64,000 bases of DNA from Williopsis jadinii (Eukaryota): assembly GCA_024346625.1 (NCBI GenBank), contig AP024665.1, forward strand, positions 248,001-312,000. Reading direction: 5' to 3'. The notes under the pieces are model-generated. The model was not told the origin of the DNA. It worked only from the letters and a program-made list of their open reading frames with translations, and searched no databases. Below, one piece after another: positions 46,815 through 56,734 of the stretch. The position numbers and the translations under genes are program-made. Numbering within the stretch: position 1 is the stretch's first letter; each line of letters opens with the position of its first letter.

Positions 46815-46822
46815 CCACAGTT
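46815..46822 (-). promoter_or_regulatory. Met31/Met32-type site (AACTGTGG) upstream of MET17
   Basis: Plus-strand ccacagtt, 8 of 9 positions of AAACTGTGG. Confidence 0.6.
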
Positions 46823-47168
46823 CTTTGGTATTTTGATAGCTGTCAGATTTACCGAACTCAGGCATTGTCTGTTGTAAATTAACTATGTCGAAAATAGTCA
46901 GCTACGACTCTGGTGATGTCTGCTTAGATTTCCCAATTGAGATAACACGTTCTCTACGCCATATGCAAATTTCCAATTGGCCGTGTCAGGTGTGGATTTC
47001 TGAAATATCCCACCCAAATTGTCTGTTCTGTTACCAGCAGCCTCCAGATCGATCGGCTTTAATGATAGACAGGCCGTGTGTAGTTTTAGGACATTTTAGC
47101 TTTGAAAGCAAGACTACACAACACGAAGCGAATCTCATCTAACATCTATACAGTATAGAAGATACGTA

Positions 47169-48854
47169 TCAATCAGAAACAAGAACAAGCTTGGCCTCGT
47201 AAGGTGCCAGCTTACCTTCAAAACCTTGCATGTTGGACAGGATCACCTCCCCATCGTAATCAACGTCCTGTTCTTCGTTTGAAAAGTTGAGGATGACATC
47301 AATCTTCTTGGTACCCTTTGACTTTGTGAATCTGAAAACCTTGTCGTTGTGGTAATCGACAATTTCAAAGTCACCATCCACCATCAAGTCTCTGTATTGC
47401 TTTCTGACACCTATGGCTCTCTTGTAGAAGGAGAGAACGGAGTCCGGGTCATTCTTTTGAGATTCAACGTTGATATCAGGATAGTTATCGTTGACCTTCA
47501 TCCAGGGCTTACCAGTGGTGAACCCACCGTTTGCTGACGAGTCCCACTGAACCGGTGTTCTGGCGTTGTCACGCGCCAAAAGATTGATAACATCCAAGAG
47601 CTTTGTCTTTTCTTCTTCAGTGTGGTCCCTTTCGTTAAAGGCCGCCCAGTAGTTGATGGTGTTGATGTCGAGGTACTCCCTAATGTCCCAACTTCTTGGA
47701 ACATTGGTCATTCCAATCTCTTGGCCTTGGTAGATGAAGAGTGTACCAGTTAGAGACACTTGAAGCAAGGCCAACATCTTTGCAGAACGATTCCGTAACT
47801 CCTCAGTAGAGGTGTTACCGAAACGGGTCACGCAACGTGGTTGATCATGGTTCTCAATAAAAACCGTTGACCAAGCGTCATTACGCTCACCAGTTTCATC
47901 GTCAATGATAAACGAGCACTGGTTTTGAATGGCATCTTTGAAATCCTTCAAAGTCCAGCCGTCATAACGGAATCTGTCACCCTTGTTTGAGCCCACATCA
48001 ACAGTGTCAAAAAGGAACATCATATTCATTTCTTTTTCCTTTGCACTGACGTATTTGAGAGCATCTTCCTTTGAACAATGACCAACTTCACCGACTGTCA
48101 TTGCATCATATTTGGATGTAACTTTCTCGTACATTTCCTTGTGGAATTCATGAATACGAGGACCAGAGTTTGAAAGAGCCCCAGCAGGCTGCCACTTTGA
48201 ATCTGGAAACACAATTGGTGCATCTGGGAATGATTGTACTTTTGAATACATTCCAGCTGTATCAATTCTGAACCCATTGACTCCCTTCTTGAACCAGTAA
48301 TCCAAAGCAGAATCATAGATGGCTTGACGAGTCTCCGGATTCTCCCAGTTCAAATCAGGTTGGGTTCTTGCGAACTGGCGTAGGTAATACTGACCAGTTG
48401 TCTCGTCATACTCCCAGGCGGAGCCAGAGAAGTGGGACATCCAATTATTGCGCTCATCCTTCCAAATGTACCAATCTCTCTTGGAGTTATCCTTCGAAGA
48501 ACGCGACTCTTTGAACCAAGCATGCTCGGAAGAGGTATGGTTGATGACCAAATCGAGAATCAACTTCATATCACGTTTATGGATCTCCTCAATCAGCTTA
48601 TCCATGTCATCCATCGTACCAAACTTTTCATATATGGCATTGTAATTTGAGATGTCATACCCCATATCGTCCATGGGAGATTCATAATGAGGAGAAAGCC
48701 AAACCACATCAGCACCAATTTCTTTGATGTGATCCAGCTTTGAAATCAACCCCGGAATATCACCTATACCGTCACCATTCGAGTCTTTGAATGAAGCAGG
48801 CCAGACCTGGTAAACTACTGAATCTTTCCACCAACTTTCTTTAGGAATTGTCAT
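47169..48854 (-). CDS. Alpha-glucosidase (maltase/isomaltase type), GH13
   Basis: WWKDSVVYQVWPASFKDSNGDGIGD, DLVINHTS, nucleophile GFRIDTAG, acid/base VGEVG, ENHDQPR, YQGQEIGM, RDNARTP; no signal peptide. Confidence 0.95.
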   Translation of the reverse strand: MTIPKESWWKDSVVYQVWPASFKDSNGDGIGDIPGLISKLDHIKEIGADVVWLSPHYESPMDDMGYDISNYNAIYEKFGTMDDMDKLIEEIHKRDMKLILDLVINHTSSEHAWFKESRSSKDNSKRDWYIWKDERNNWMSHFSGSAWEYDETTGQYYLRQFARTQPDLNWENPETRQAIYDSALDYWFKKGVNGFRIDTAGMYSKVQSFPDAPIVFPDSKWQPAGALSNSGPRIHEFHKEMYEKVTSKYDAMTVGEVGHCSKEDALKYVSAKEKEMNMMFLFDTVDVGSNKGDRFRYDGWTLKDFKDAIQNQCSFIIDDETGERNDAWSTVFIENHDQPRCVTRFGNTSTEELRNRSAKMLALLQVSLTGTLFIYQGQEIGMTNVPRSWDIREYLDINTINYWAAFNERDHTEEEKTKLLDVINLLARDNARTPVQWDSSANGGFTTGKPWMKVNDNYPDINVESQKNDPDSVLSFYKRAIGVRKQYRDLMVDGDFEIVDYHNDKVFRFTKSKGTKKIDVILNFSNEEQDVDYDGEVILSNMQGFEGKLAPYEAKLVLVSD

Positions 48855-51220
48855 TAAGCGAGAACTTGTTCTTGTTTTTGATTCACTTTGGAGGGTTAGA
48901 AAATACTATTGTGATCTAATTGCAATATATACGCTGAGTTGACAACGCAATCGGAAGAATTATCGCTGGAATTCAACGATCACATGGCATCAATTCTTGG
49001 GGCAGCAACATTCATGAATGATCGAAGATTTACATGAGAATCTCTATGAGGTTGTCACACACCCGTTCAGGATAGAGGCTTGGGGAAATCAGTACCATGT
49101 CATGAACGGCTGGACACCAAGTTGAACCTTGTTTGAAATTTTATGCAAACGGAATAATGGAGGTGCAGCTTGGTACATAGCACCTTGTTTCCAAGCCCCG
49201 AGATGGTCCTCTGTCTAAAACTAGGAGACAGAAGATAATTCCAAATTTGTCAATCCAAAAGGGGTTGTGCTAGGCTCCTTACTCGACGTATTCGTCGCAA
49301 CGGATAACCGTTGCGGTTCTTTTCAACAATTATTATCCCTGTTGTATCAACAGTTTCGGGTGGGTTAATATTTTAGCGCTTTGGATTAATTGTTGGAAAA
49401 TTTAACCGCCCCATGTGCATGGGGTTGAAAATATCTTTTCGTATCCAAAATCTCTCCCTACTTCTCCTCATTAGTGGACGTAAATTTAGAGTACGATGCT
49501 TAGTCGGGTGATTTTATGGAAGTGCAGCACACAACCATAGCAATGTTTTCTACTGGAGTGTCTACGCCTTGATCATAGAATTTAATCCTTGATTCATGCA
49601 CATAAGCGTCATTTCCTTACAATCTATTCCGTTCAAGTTCTACAAATAAAGGCTCGGGGTGGAATAATATGAACATCTGCATAAATACATGCAGCAAATA
49701 TGTAACATGAAAAACAGTCATGAGTTTTCCGAAACAACGTGTTAGTTGTCAGACTATGTTCAACAGTTCAAGTGTTAAATGCCAAGTGATCGAAAAGGCT
49801 TCAAACTGATGACCCGTTCTAAGAGCGAGAAGCCAGTTCTACAGTGAAACTTATCCCACATCCCTAAATAAGAACATATCCAATTGCCAATTGGATCAAT
49901 TCAAACGGGAGTTTACAATTGATAATTTCCCCCCCCCCCCAATTTGCATTATCTTATGCTGATCGATCTCTTACGAGGGGTTAGTGTAGATTCCAAATTC
50001 CAGTGCACACAAACTTCCCATGTATAAGGATCACTTCATCTAGACCGACGCAAATGGCTGCAGAAGACGGAGAATTAATTTGGGGTGTCGGAGAAACAAT
50101 TAAAAGTCAATTGCTCTTGGGAAGAAATGTTGAACAGTTTTTGAGAAAACATCATCCAAAGGTGATCTCCTCTACATACACCCCGCAATTGTACATCTCT
50201 AATGCTCATTAAAAACCACCCCAATTGGAAGGACTCGAGCCTCCCTTTAGAGATTCAAAAAACAAAACCAGTCAATACAAGGACTATTAGACACCTCCTT
50301 AAAACCTACCTTCATACTTAAGTTCTCTAAATGGGAACATTCACTAGCTCCTTGGTACGTGTTTTAAAATATCAGCTTGGTATAACATGTGGAGTGCTGC
50401 ATTTTGAGAAATTCTCCCCGCAGTGGCATGGGCTTTCAAGGAGGCTCAATTTTATATGCCATGATGTAATGGTAATTTCTCCGTATTAACCAATATAGAA
50501 TCAGTGCAGGCGGTTTATTTTTGCGGAAGGTTTAAGAGAGCGGCGCCTTTCGAAAGTATGCACTATGCAGCATACCCCAGGAAGGACGTACATGAAGTTG
50601 GCGACCTGGTTGGGTGAACATCGGAAAAAAGGACTGTTGAGACATGGCAGCCCATGCTCCCTAAAACTTTGAAGTATAATGTCCGATATTGCACAGCTAC
50701 AACTGTTAAATCAGAGGTTTATATTCATAGTTTTGATGAGCGTACTATGTCTTTGGACCCTTCTTATCAAGCTTTGTAAAAGAGTAAGGTTTCCTAATAT
50801 CGGTTTGATGTGGTTTCGATAGGGTGACTTTTTTCTGTTTGAATGACTCGATGCTAAGCTCACTTTAATCAGGACGAATTTCATGTTATACACAAATGGG
50901 GTGTTCACCAAGTCTCGAAATGTAGCTTTCTCGTGCTCAACAGTGTTGAGCATGCAGCAGCTTACAGAAATATTGATCTGCAGCAGTGTGTTTTAGGCGC
51001 TTTCAGTGATGGCTAATTAACAGTTTGTACTTTCCCATATGATCATACTTGTTGGATGTTTTCCACAGAGTTAATAGACTCTCGTGACCTTATTTGTATC
51101 AAGGTGGGGGCTTTTTCCATCTCCAGGGTATTTAAGTAACGTCGTTTCTTCTTTGTAAGGTTTCCTCTCCCCAATGTCCTTGGTCCATTGCTCTTCTTTT
51201 GAAGAATTAAACAAGTAACT
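48855..51220. promoter_or_regulatory. Bidirectional MAL promoter region
   Basis: Divergent maltase/permease arrangement; several AT-flanked YGGGG Mig1-like boxes (for example AATTAATTTGGGG near 50072-50084, CCCCGCAATT at 50181) and CGG pairs. Confidence 0.75.
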
Positions 51221-52984
51221 ATGGCTGAGCACATAGAAGATATTAAGAACCCTGCAACTACAGAAGTTGTAGGCTCTAAAGCTTCCAAAATTGACTCGAT
51301 TGTGAACAATTACTCTGGAAAAGATGTTGAAGACTTTGTTGCAAAGTTCGTTGAGATGTCCAATGACGCTCAAGCTAACGATGCCCATGAAAAGAGTATG
51401 ACCTTGAAGGAAGGTATTGCCACATTCCCAAAGGCAGCCTTTTGGTCCGTTGTCCTCTCGACTGCCATTATCATGGAAGGTTTTGATACTAATCTGCTTG
51501 CCTCTTTATACAATCAGACTAGTTTCCAAATACACTATGGTAGATACTACCCTGATCTTGGTGAATATCAAATTCCGGCAAAATGGCAAACTTCTCTATC
51601 CATGGCTGTGAACGTTGGTGAAATTATTGGTTTATGGCTTGCAGGAATTACTGCAGAACGTTATGGTTATAGACCAACTTTGATTGTTTCTATGATGCTT
51701 GCTATCGGTTTCATCTTTATCATCTTCTATTCCGTTAGCATCGAAATGCTTCTGGTTGGTGAACTCCTCTGCGGAGTAGTGTGGGGTGCTTTCCAGACTT
51801 TGACAGTTTCATATGCATCTGAAGTCTGTCCAGTTGTTCTTCGTGTGTACCTTACTACATATGTCAACGCCTGTTGGGTCATTGGTCAGCTGATTTCATC
51901 TTGTGTATTGAAAGGTACTTTATCAATGGATACTCAATGGGCTTATAAGATTCCTTGGGCTCTTCAATGGATTTGGCCAATTCCAATTATCATCGGTGTC
52001 TACTTTGCACCAGAATCTCCTTGGTGGCTTTGTAAAAAGGGCAGGCTCCATGAAGCTAGAACAAGCATCAGACGACTACTTAGTAAGAACAAGAATCTTC
52101 CAGATGTGGATGTGCTAGCAGATGCAATGTTGAGTAAGATGCAATTGACCATTACGCACGAAAAACAACAAATGACAGGTTCATCCTATTGGGACTGTTT
52201 CCGTGGTGTGAATTTGAGAAGAACCAGAGTCGCATCGATGATTTGGGTCTTGCAAAATATCACAGGCTCAGCCTTAATGGGATACTCCACTTACTTTTAC
52301 ACTCAAGCTGGATTGGATCAAGGAATGTCTTTCACATTTAGTATCATTCAGTACGCCCTTGGTTTGATCGGCACTCTTCTTTCTTGGATTTTGTCGCAGA
52401 AATATGGGCGGTTTACCATCTTCTTTGGTGGAATGCTCATTAACTTTATAATTTTAATCATTGTGGGCTCGCTAGGGTGTGCAAATTCGTCTGGTGCTTC
52501 CTGGGGTATTGGTTCACTTCTTCTGGTCTTCACATTCGTTTATGATTCCACTGTTGGTCCAATCACATATTGTGTTGTTGCAGAAATTCCATCGGCTCAG
52601 GTTAGATCTAAGACAGTGGCTGTTGCCAGAAACTTCTACAACCTTGCGGGTATCCCGGTGGCAGTCATTACACCATACATGTTGAATCCAACTGCATGGA
52701 ATTGGAAGGCTAAGACTGGGTTCTTTTGGGCAGGGTTTTCACTGTTCGGCCTTATTTGGACTTGGTTCGAGTTCCCAGAAACGAAAGGTAGAACTTATGC
52801 TGAACTTGATGTACTTTTCAAGAACGGTGTAAAGGCCAGAAAGTTCAAAACAACAGAAGTTGAAACTTTCAACACTGAAGAGATGCTCGCAAATATGGAT
52901 GACGACCATCTGAAACAAGTTGTCTTAGAGAAGGAGGAAGAAGAAAAAGAGGAGATGATAGAAGATGCCAAATTCAAAACTTGA
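51221..52984 (+). CDS. Maltose/alpha-glucoside:H+ symporter (Mal31/Agt1 family)
   Basis: FPKAAFWS, MEGFD, GAFQTLTVSYASEVCP, YLTTYVNACWVIGQL, ALQWIWP, PESPWWL, PETKGRTYAELDVLF...ARKF. Confidence 0.93.
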   Translation: MAEHIEDIKNPATTEVVGSKASKIDSIVNNYSGKDVEDFVAKFVEMSNDAQANDAHEKSMTLKEGIATFPKAAFWSVVLSTAIIMEGFDTNLLASLYNQTSFQIHYGRYYPDLGEYQIPAKWQTSLSMAVNVGEIIGLWLAGITAERYGYRPTLIVSMMLAIGFIFIIFYSVSIEMLLVGELLCGVVWGAFQTLTVSYASEVCPVVLRVYLTTYVNACWVIGQLISSCVLKGTLSMDTQWAYKIPWALQWIWPIPIIIGVYFAPESPWWLCKKGRLHEARTSIRRLLSKNKNLPDVDVLADAMLSKMQLTITHEKQQMTGSSYWDCFRGVNLRRTRVASMIWVLQNITGSALMGYSTYFYTQAGLDQGMSFTFSIIQYALGLIGTLLSWILSQKYGRFTIFFGGMLINFIILIIVGSLGCANSSGASWGIGSLLLVFTFVYDSTVGPITYCVVAEIPSAQVRSKTVAVARNFYNLAGIPVAVITPYMLNPTAWNWKAKTGFFWAGFSLFGLIWTWFEFPETKGRTYAELDVLFKNGVKARKFKTTEVETFNTEEMLANMDDDHLKQVVLEKEEEEKEEMIEDAKFKT

Positions 52985-54766
52985 AACTTTTTCGGTGGTT
53001 TCTAATACCTATAAAAATGTCCAACTATTTGTATAACCACCAGTTGTTCAGACCTAGTCTCTGGGATATATTATATGAAAGTTATGATTACAGTCAGGTT
53101 GTGTCATTGATTGACAAGGAATGCTTGGTTTCTTATTGAATTAATAAATTGTTACTGTTGATAGTAGCTGCCACTGTAGTTTTTAACAAGTTAACGTTTC
53201 CATTTCATTTTTACCTCTATAAATCGTAAAGAAGTAACGCTTTATTCTTGTAAGTTGAGCTAGCTTTTGAGCATCACGTCTTTTTCAAGTCTATGGTAGA
53301 CAAAGATAACCAAATACTGTGGCTAATTTTCCCAGGATATAAAGTATTTGGTTATTGTATATCTTACTATGATGTATAACATTTATATGGTCTAATCTTC
53401 ACGGGGTTTATTAAACACACTTGTTCTTAGTTTTTACATGATTAATCTGTAACCACAGTCAATAGTGGTATCATCTGGAAATTTTATTCTTCTGTGCTCG
53501 TGGCCTCTTTCATTGCGATTATTAGTACATATATAGTTCATGAAGTGTGTAAAAGCAGACCATCTGATGGTACTGGGTTTTGGAATGGAGCCAAGGAAGT
53601 CCAGCGTGTGTTAAAAAATGTCGATGGCCCACTCTGTTCGTTTACATTGATGTAGTATTTTAAAATATGTGAGGATCATTTTGGGCTCTTTAAAATACTG
53701 CTGTTCAAACTAGTTAGGAAGTACTAGAAGAGTATGTGGCTTTCATGCATATGGTTATTGGTAACTCCCAACATGCTATGGTAGTTAGCTATAAATGAAT
53801 ATCTCAAATGAAGACAACAAAGATGAGACGGGGATATACCAGTCAAAAGTGTTATACAACTACGAAAGGAAACACTACATACATCTAGAGAAACCAACAG
53901 CAAGGATGGAACAGCCAAAGCTACCCGGTCTCAGACCTCAGGATTTACCTCGAACAACATGGGAAAATTGCAACCGTCCCAGATCCTGGATATTGGTACA
54001 AAGTTCAATGCCCGTGGTTATACCAGTTATATAACAGGATATAGAGGCTCAGTTCAATCACAACGTGTATCATAAACCAAAACTTGGTGTATATGAAAAG
54101 ACCCTGCAGAGGCTCTGAGTTGTTTTTAAAGCCATCATGCATACCGAATACAGCTGCCTGCAACTCCCTCATCATTCACTCTCAGCCGTGACAACCTTGG
54201 CTGTAGTGTTCGGGTGTTTTTGATCACCCCCCTCTCCAGCCAGTATGTATAGAACTAATACTTCATAATCATAATTATAAGCATCAATCTTGAAAATCAA
54301 ATGGTCAGGTGTTTCAAATGTTTTTAGTTAACTTGTAATACTTTTTTCAATTGCTACATTGACGTTTTCTAATGGCTTTTTGTTATCTGTTATTTTACAT
54401 AGTATTTTGTACATTTCTTCTTTTTCACTAAAACTGGGTTTAATTTTTCCAAAATTTTATTCCACACAAGAATTTTCATTCATATAAAACAAAATTACGC
54501 CGTATATCCATTGAATTTACATCTTTTCAATTAATTTGTAATCAATTCAGTCAACAAATTATTTGTAGCACCATACTACTAAAATAGACCATTATTACAT
54601 AAGAACTAGGATTGATAACTCTTACGGAAAGCTTCCCAAAGGTGTTTGGATGTTTTCATGATACGGCGTTTGCGTTACGCTGCATGATCTTGGACCTGTC
54701 GGATTAATAATTTGCATGATGAGTTTAGCTATTGAAAGATGAACAGTAGCTTATTGTAATCTGTAA

Positions 54767-56260
54767 TCAAACCAGTAATACCATGGCAAGCCAGACTGAA
54801 TATAGAGCATTCTGAACATTCTTTCGGAATGGGAATGCCCCATTGGCTGTAAAGACTTGTGCCAATTGGGCACATTCTTCTGAAACCGTGGTATATGCAG
54901 TAGTGGTCACAGTTGCCTCTATTGTTCTGGTAAGAGCAGTGGCGGATAGCTTTTCAGTAACAGAAACCATTATGAACGAGACTGTGGTGCGGGTCGATGT
55001 AGATATTATAGAAGTTTGGATAACAGTGGTCACTGGTTGAGAGAATGTATATGTAACCGTTGTGAACGGGTATATCTGTTCATCATTCAGGAGGTATGAG
55101 GTGACATAAGAAGTTAAAGTTCTTGTGAGTGTAGTAGTAACAGTGGTCTTTGGAATAAGCTTTGTGACTGTTGAATACACCGTGTATGGACTTTTTTCAA
55201 TAAACTGATACACTGGTGTAATAGTTTGAGTAATTGGCTCAGCAATGCTTGTGTCGTCCGAACTGATAGTCACCAATGTTGGCTTCCACACGTCTGCTGA
55301 AAGAGTCAAAGTAGCAAGTTGAACACTCGTTGATGTTAAGCAGTTGTACAAAAGTTCAGTTTCCACATACTCTACGGTCTCATACCAAACCGACGTTGAC
55401 TCCTTTGGGATCCATGTTGTTATGGTCCCATTCCAATTGGTACAAAATGATGGCTCGTACCAAGTTGTCGTTGTTTCTGATTTAACACTTGAAAACACAG
55501 TGGCAAGTTTGGTACTTGTTGAAGTTAAGAATGTTGAATAGGCTGTTATCTGAAGAGTTACCGTTGATGCAACATTCGTCCTGAACCACTCCGTTATTGT
55601 TGTATGTACGTGGGACGTAGCCGTAGTACCTGGTATAGTCAAGGTACTTGTACTGACAGACGTTCTGTGACTTGTACTCGTACCTTTGCCCACGGCAATG
55701 GTCTCGAAAGCCGTAACTGTAGCACGAAGGGTAGTTGGAACCTGTATCGTTTTTGTAGAAGTGACTGTACTGTAAATAGTCTTTGGAGCGTAGTGCGTAG
55801 CGTAGAAGGTGGCGGTTGCCAAATCGAGAGTGTTTGGCAACTGTGTGCTCGTTGTCTTTGCATACCCTGTGCTTGGTGTACCCACGGTACTACCCACTAA
55901 TGTTGTATAGGGAATGGTTGTATCGATCTTAACTGTTGTTGAAACTCTGGATTGCACTGTGGTGGTGATCTCAGCCGTCGTTTCTAATGCCACCGTTCTG
56001 GTCTGTGGCGTAGTAACAGTAGTAGAGGCAGTAGTAGCGATCCTTGTGGATGCTTGTGTCGTTGTAACTGAGATAGGCGGTTGTGTTGTACTTGGTGTAA
56101 GTCTTGTATCAGTAACTAATGTTCCTTGAAGACTAGCGGCTGTGGTGATAATACCACCGCCAGGGAAGTTCACATTGGTTCTCTGAACAAACACCGGTGT
56201 AGTGGTGGCCTGGGCGGACGAGGCAATTACAACGAAAGATAAAAGGAACAACGACCTCAG
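54767..56260 (-). CDS. Ser/Thr-rich cell-wall protein (adhesin-like) with signal peptide and GPI signal; no usable in-frame AUG start
   Basis: About 500-codon open frame, strongly Thr-rich; signal-like (CTG)RSLFLLSFVVIASSAQA from 56260; hydrophobic C-terminus ANGAFPFRKNVQNALYSVWLAMVLLV. Confidence 0.7.
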   Translation of the reverse strand: MRSLFLLSFVVIASSAQATTTPVFVQRTNVNFPGGGIITTAASLQGTLVTDTRLTPSTTQPPISVTTTQASTRIATTASTTVTTPQTRTVALETTAEITTTVQSRVSTTVKIDTTIPYTTLVGSTVGTPSTGYAKTTSTQLPNTLDLATATFYATHYAPKTIYSTVTSTKTIQVPTTLRATVTAFETIAVGKGTSTSHRTSVSTSTLTIPGTTATSHVHTTITEWFRTNVASTVTLQITAYSTFLTSTSTKLATVFSSVKSETTTTWYEPSFCTNWNGTITTWIPKESTSVWYETVEYVETELLYNCLTSTSVQLATLTLSADVWKPTLVTISSDDTSIAEPITQTITPVYQFIEKSPYTVYSTVTKLIPKTTVTTTLTRTLTSYVTSYLLNDEQIYPFTTVTYTFSQPVTTVIQTSIISTSTRTTVSFIMVSVTEKLSATALTRTIEATVTTTAYTTVSEECAQLAQVFTANGAFPFRKNVQNALYSVWLAMVLLV

Positions 56261-56734
56261 AGATTCTTTAATGGTGATGATGATCTCTAAACGGGACACG
56301 AATTTCTATAACTCGTTCATATGGGTTCTTTTATGATGTTTATATACAGATCTGTCCCATGTAACTAAACCCCTAATTTGAATACAGTGCAAAGAGGAGT
56401 CCACAGCTTCTTCCAATAAACCAATAGGGCGGTTAGGTTATAAAGGGGGAGAAACCATCGGGACGTACCGTATTGTAGGCCATGTTCTAAACTCGAACCT
56501 TTTTCAACGTTGACAACACCGTAAACGTTGTGTTTAAAGTGTGTGATAGTTGGATTCAAGCTACATGCGCTGCAGTTTACCCACACCACCTCCGCCCATT
56601 ATGTGCGCGTTTATATGTATATATCCAACACCTATGGGATTCGAAACAGCTTAGTTGAGGCATACATAGAATAGAATACACAGTAAATGCAACGTATATT
56701 GTAAACCCCGCCCAAAATTAAATAGACTTAAAGA

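Noticed and set aside
54048..54179. Possible C/D snoRNA (ATGATGA ... CTGA on the minus strand)
   Set aside because: No terminal stem or recognisable rRNA guide; the boxes are short enough to occur by chance.
56636..56648. tRNA T-loop/B-box-like word (GTTTCGAATCCC on the minus strand)
   Set aside because: Mismatch in the GGTTCG core and no cloverleaf or A box around it.
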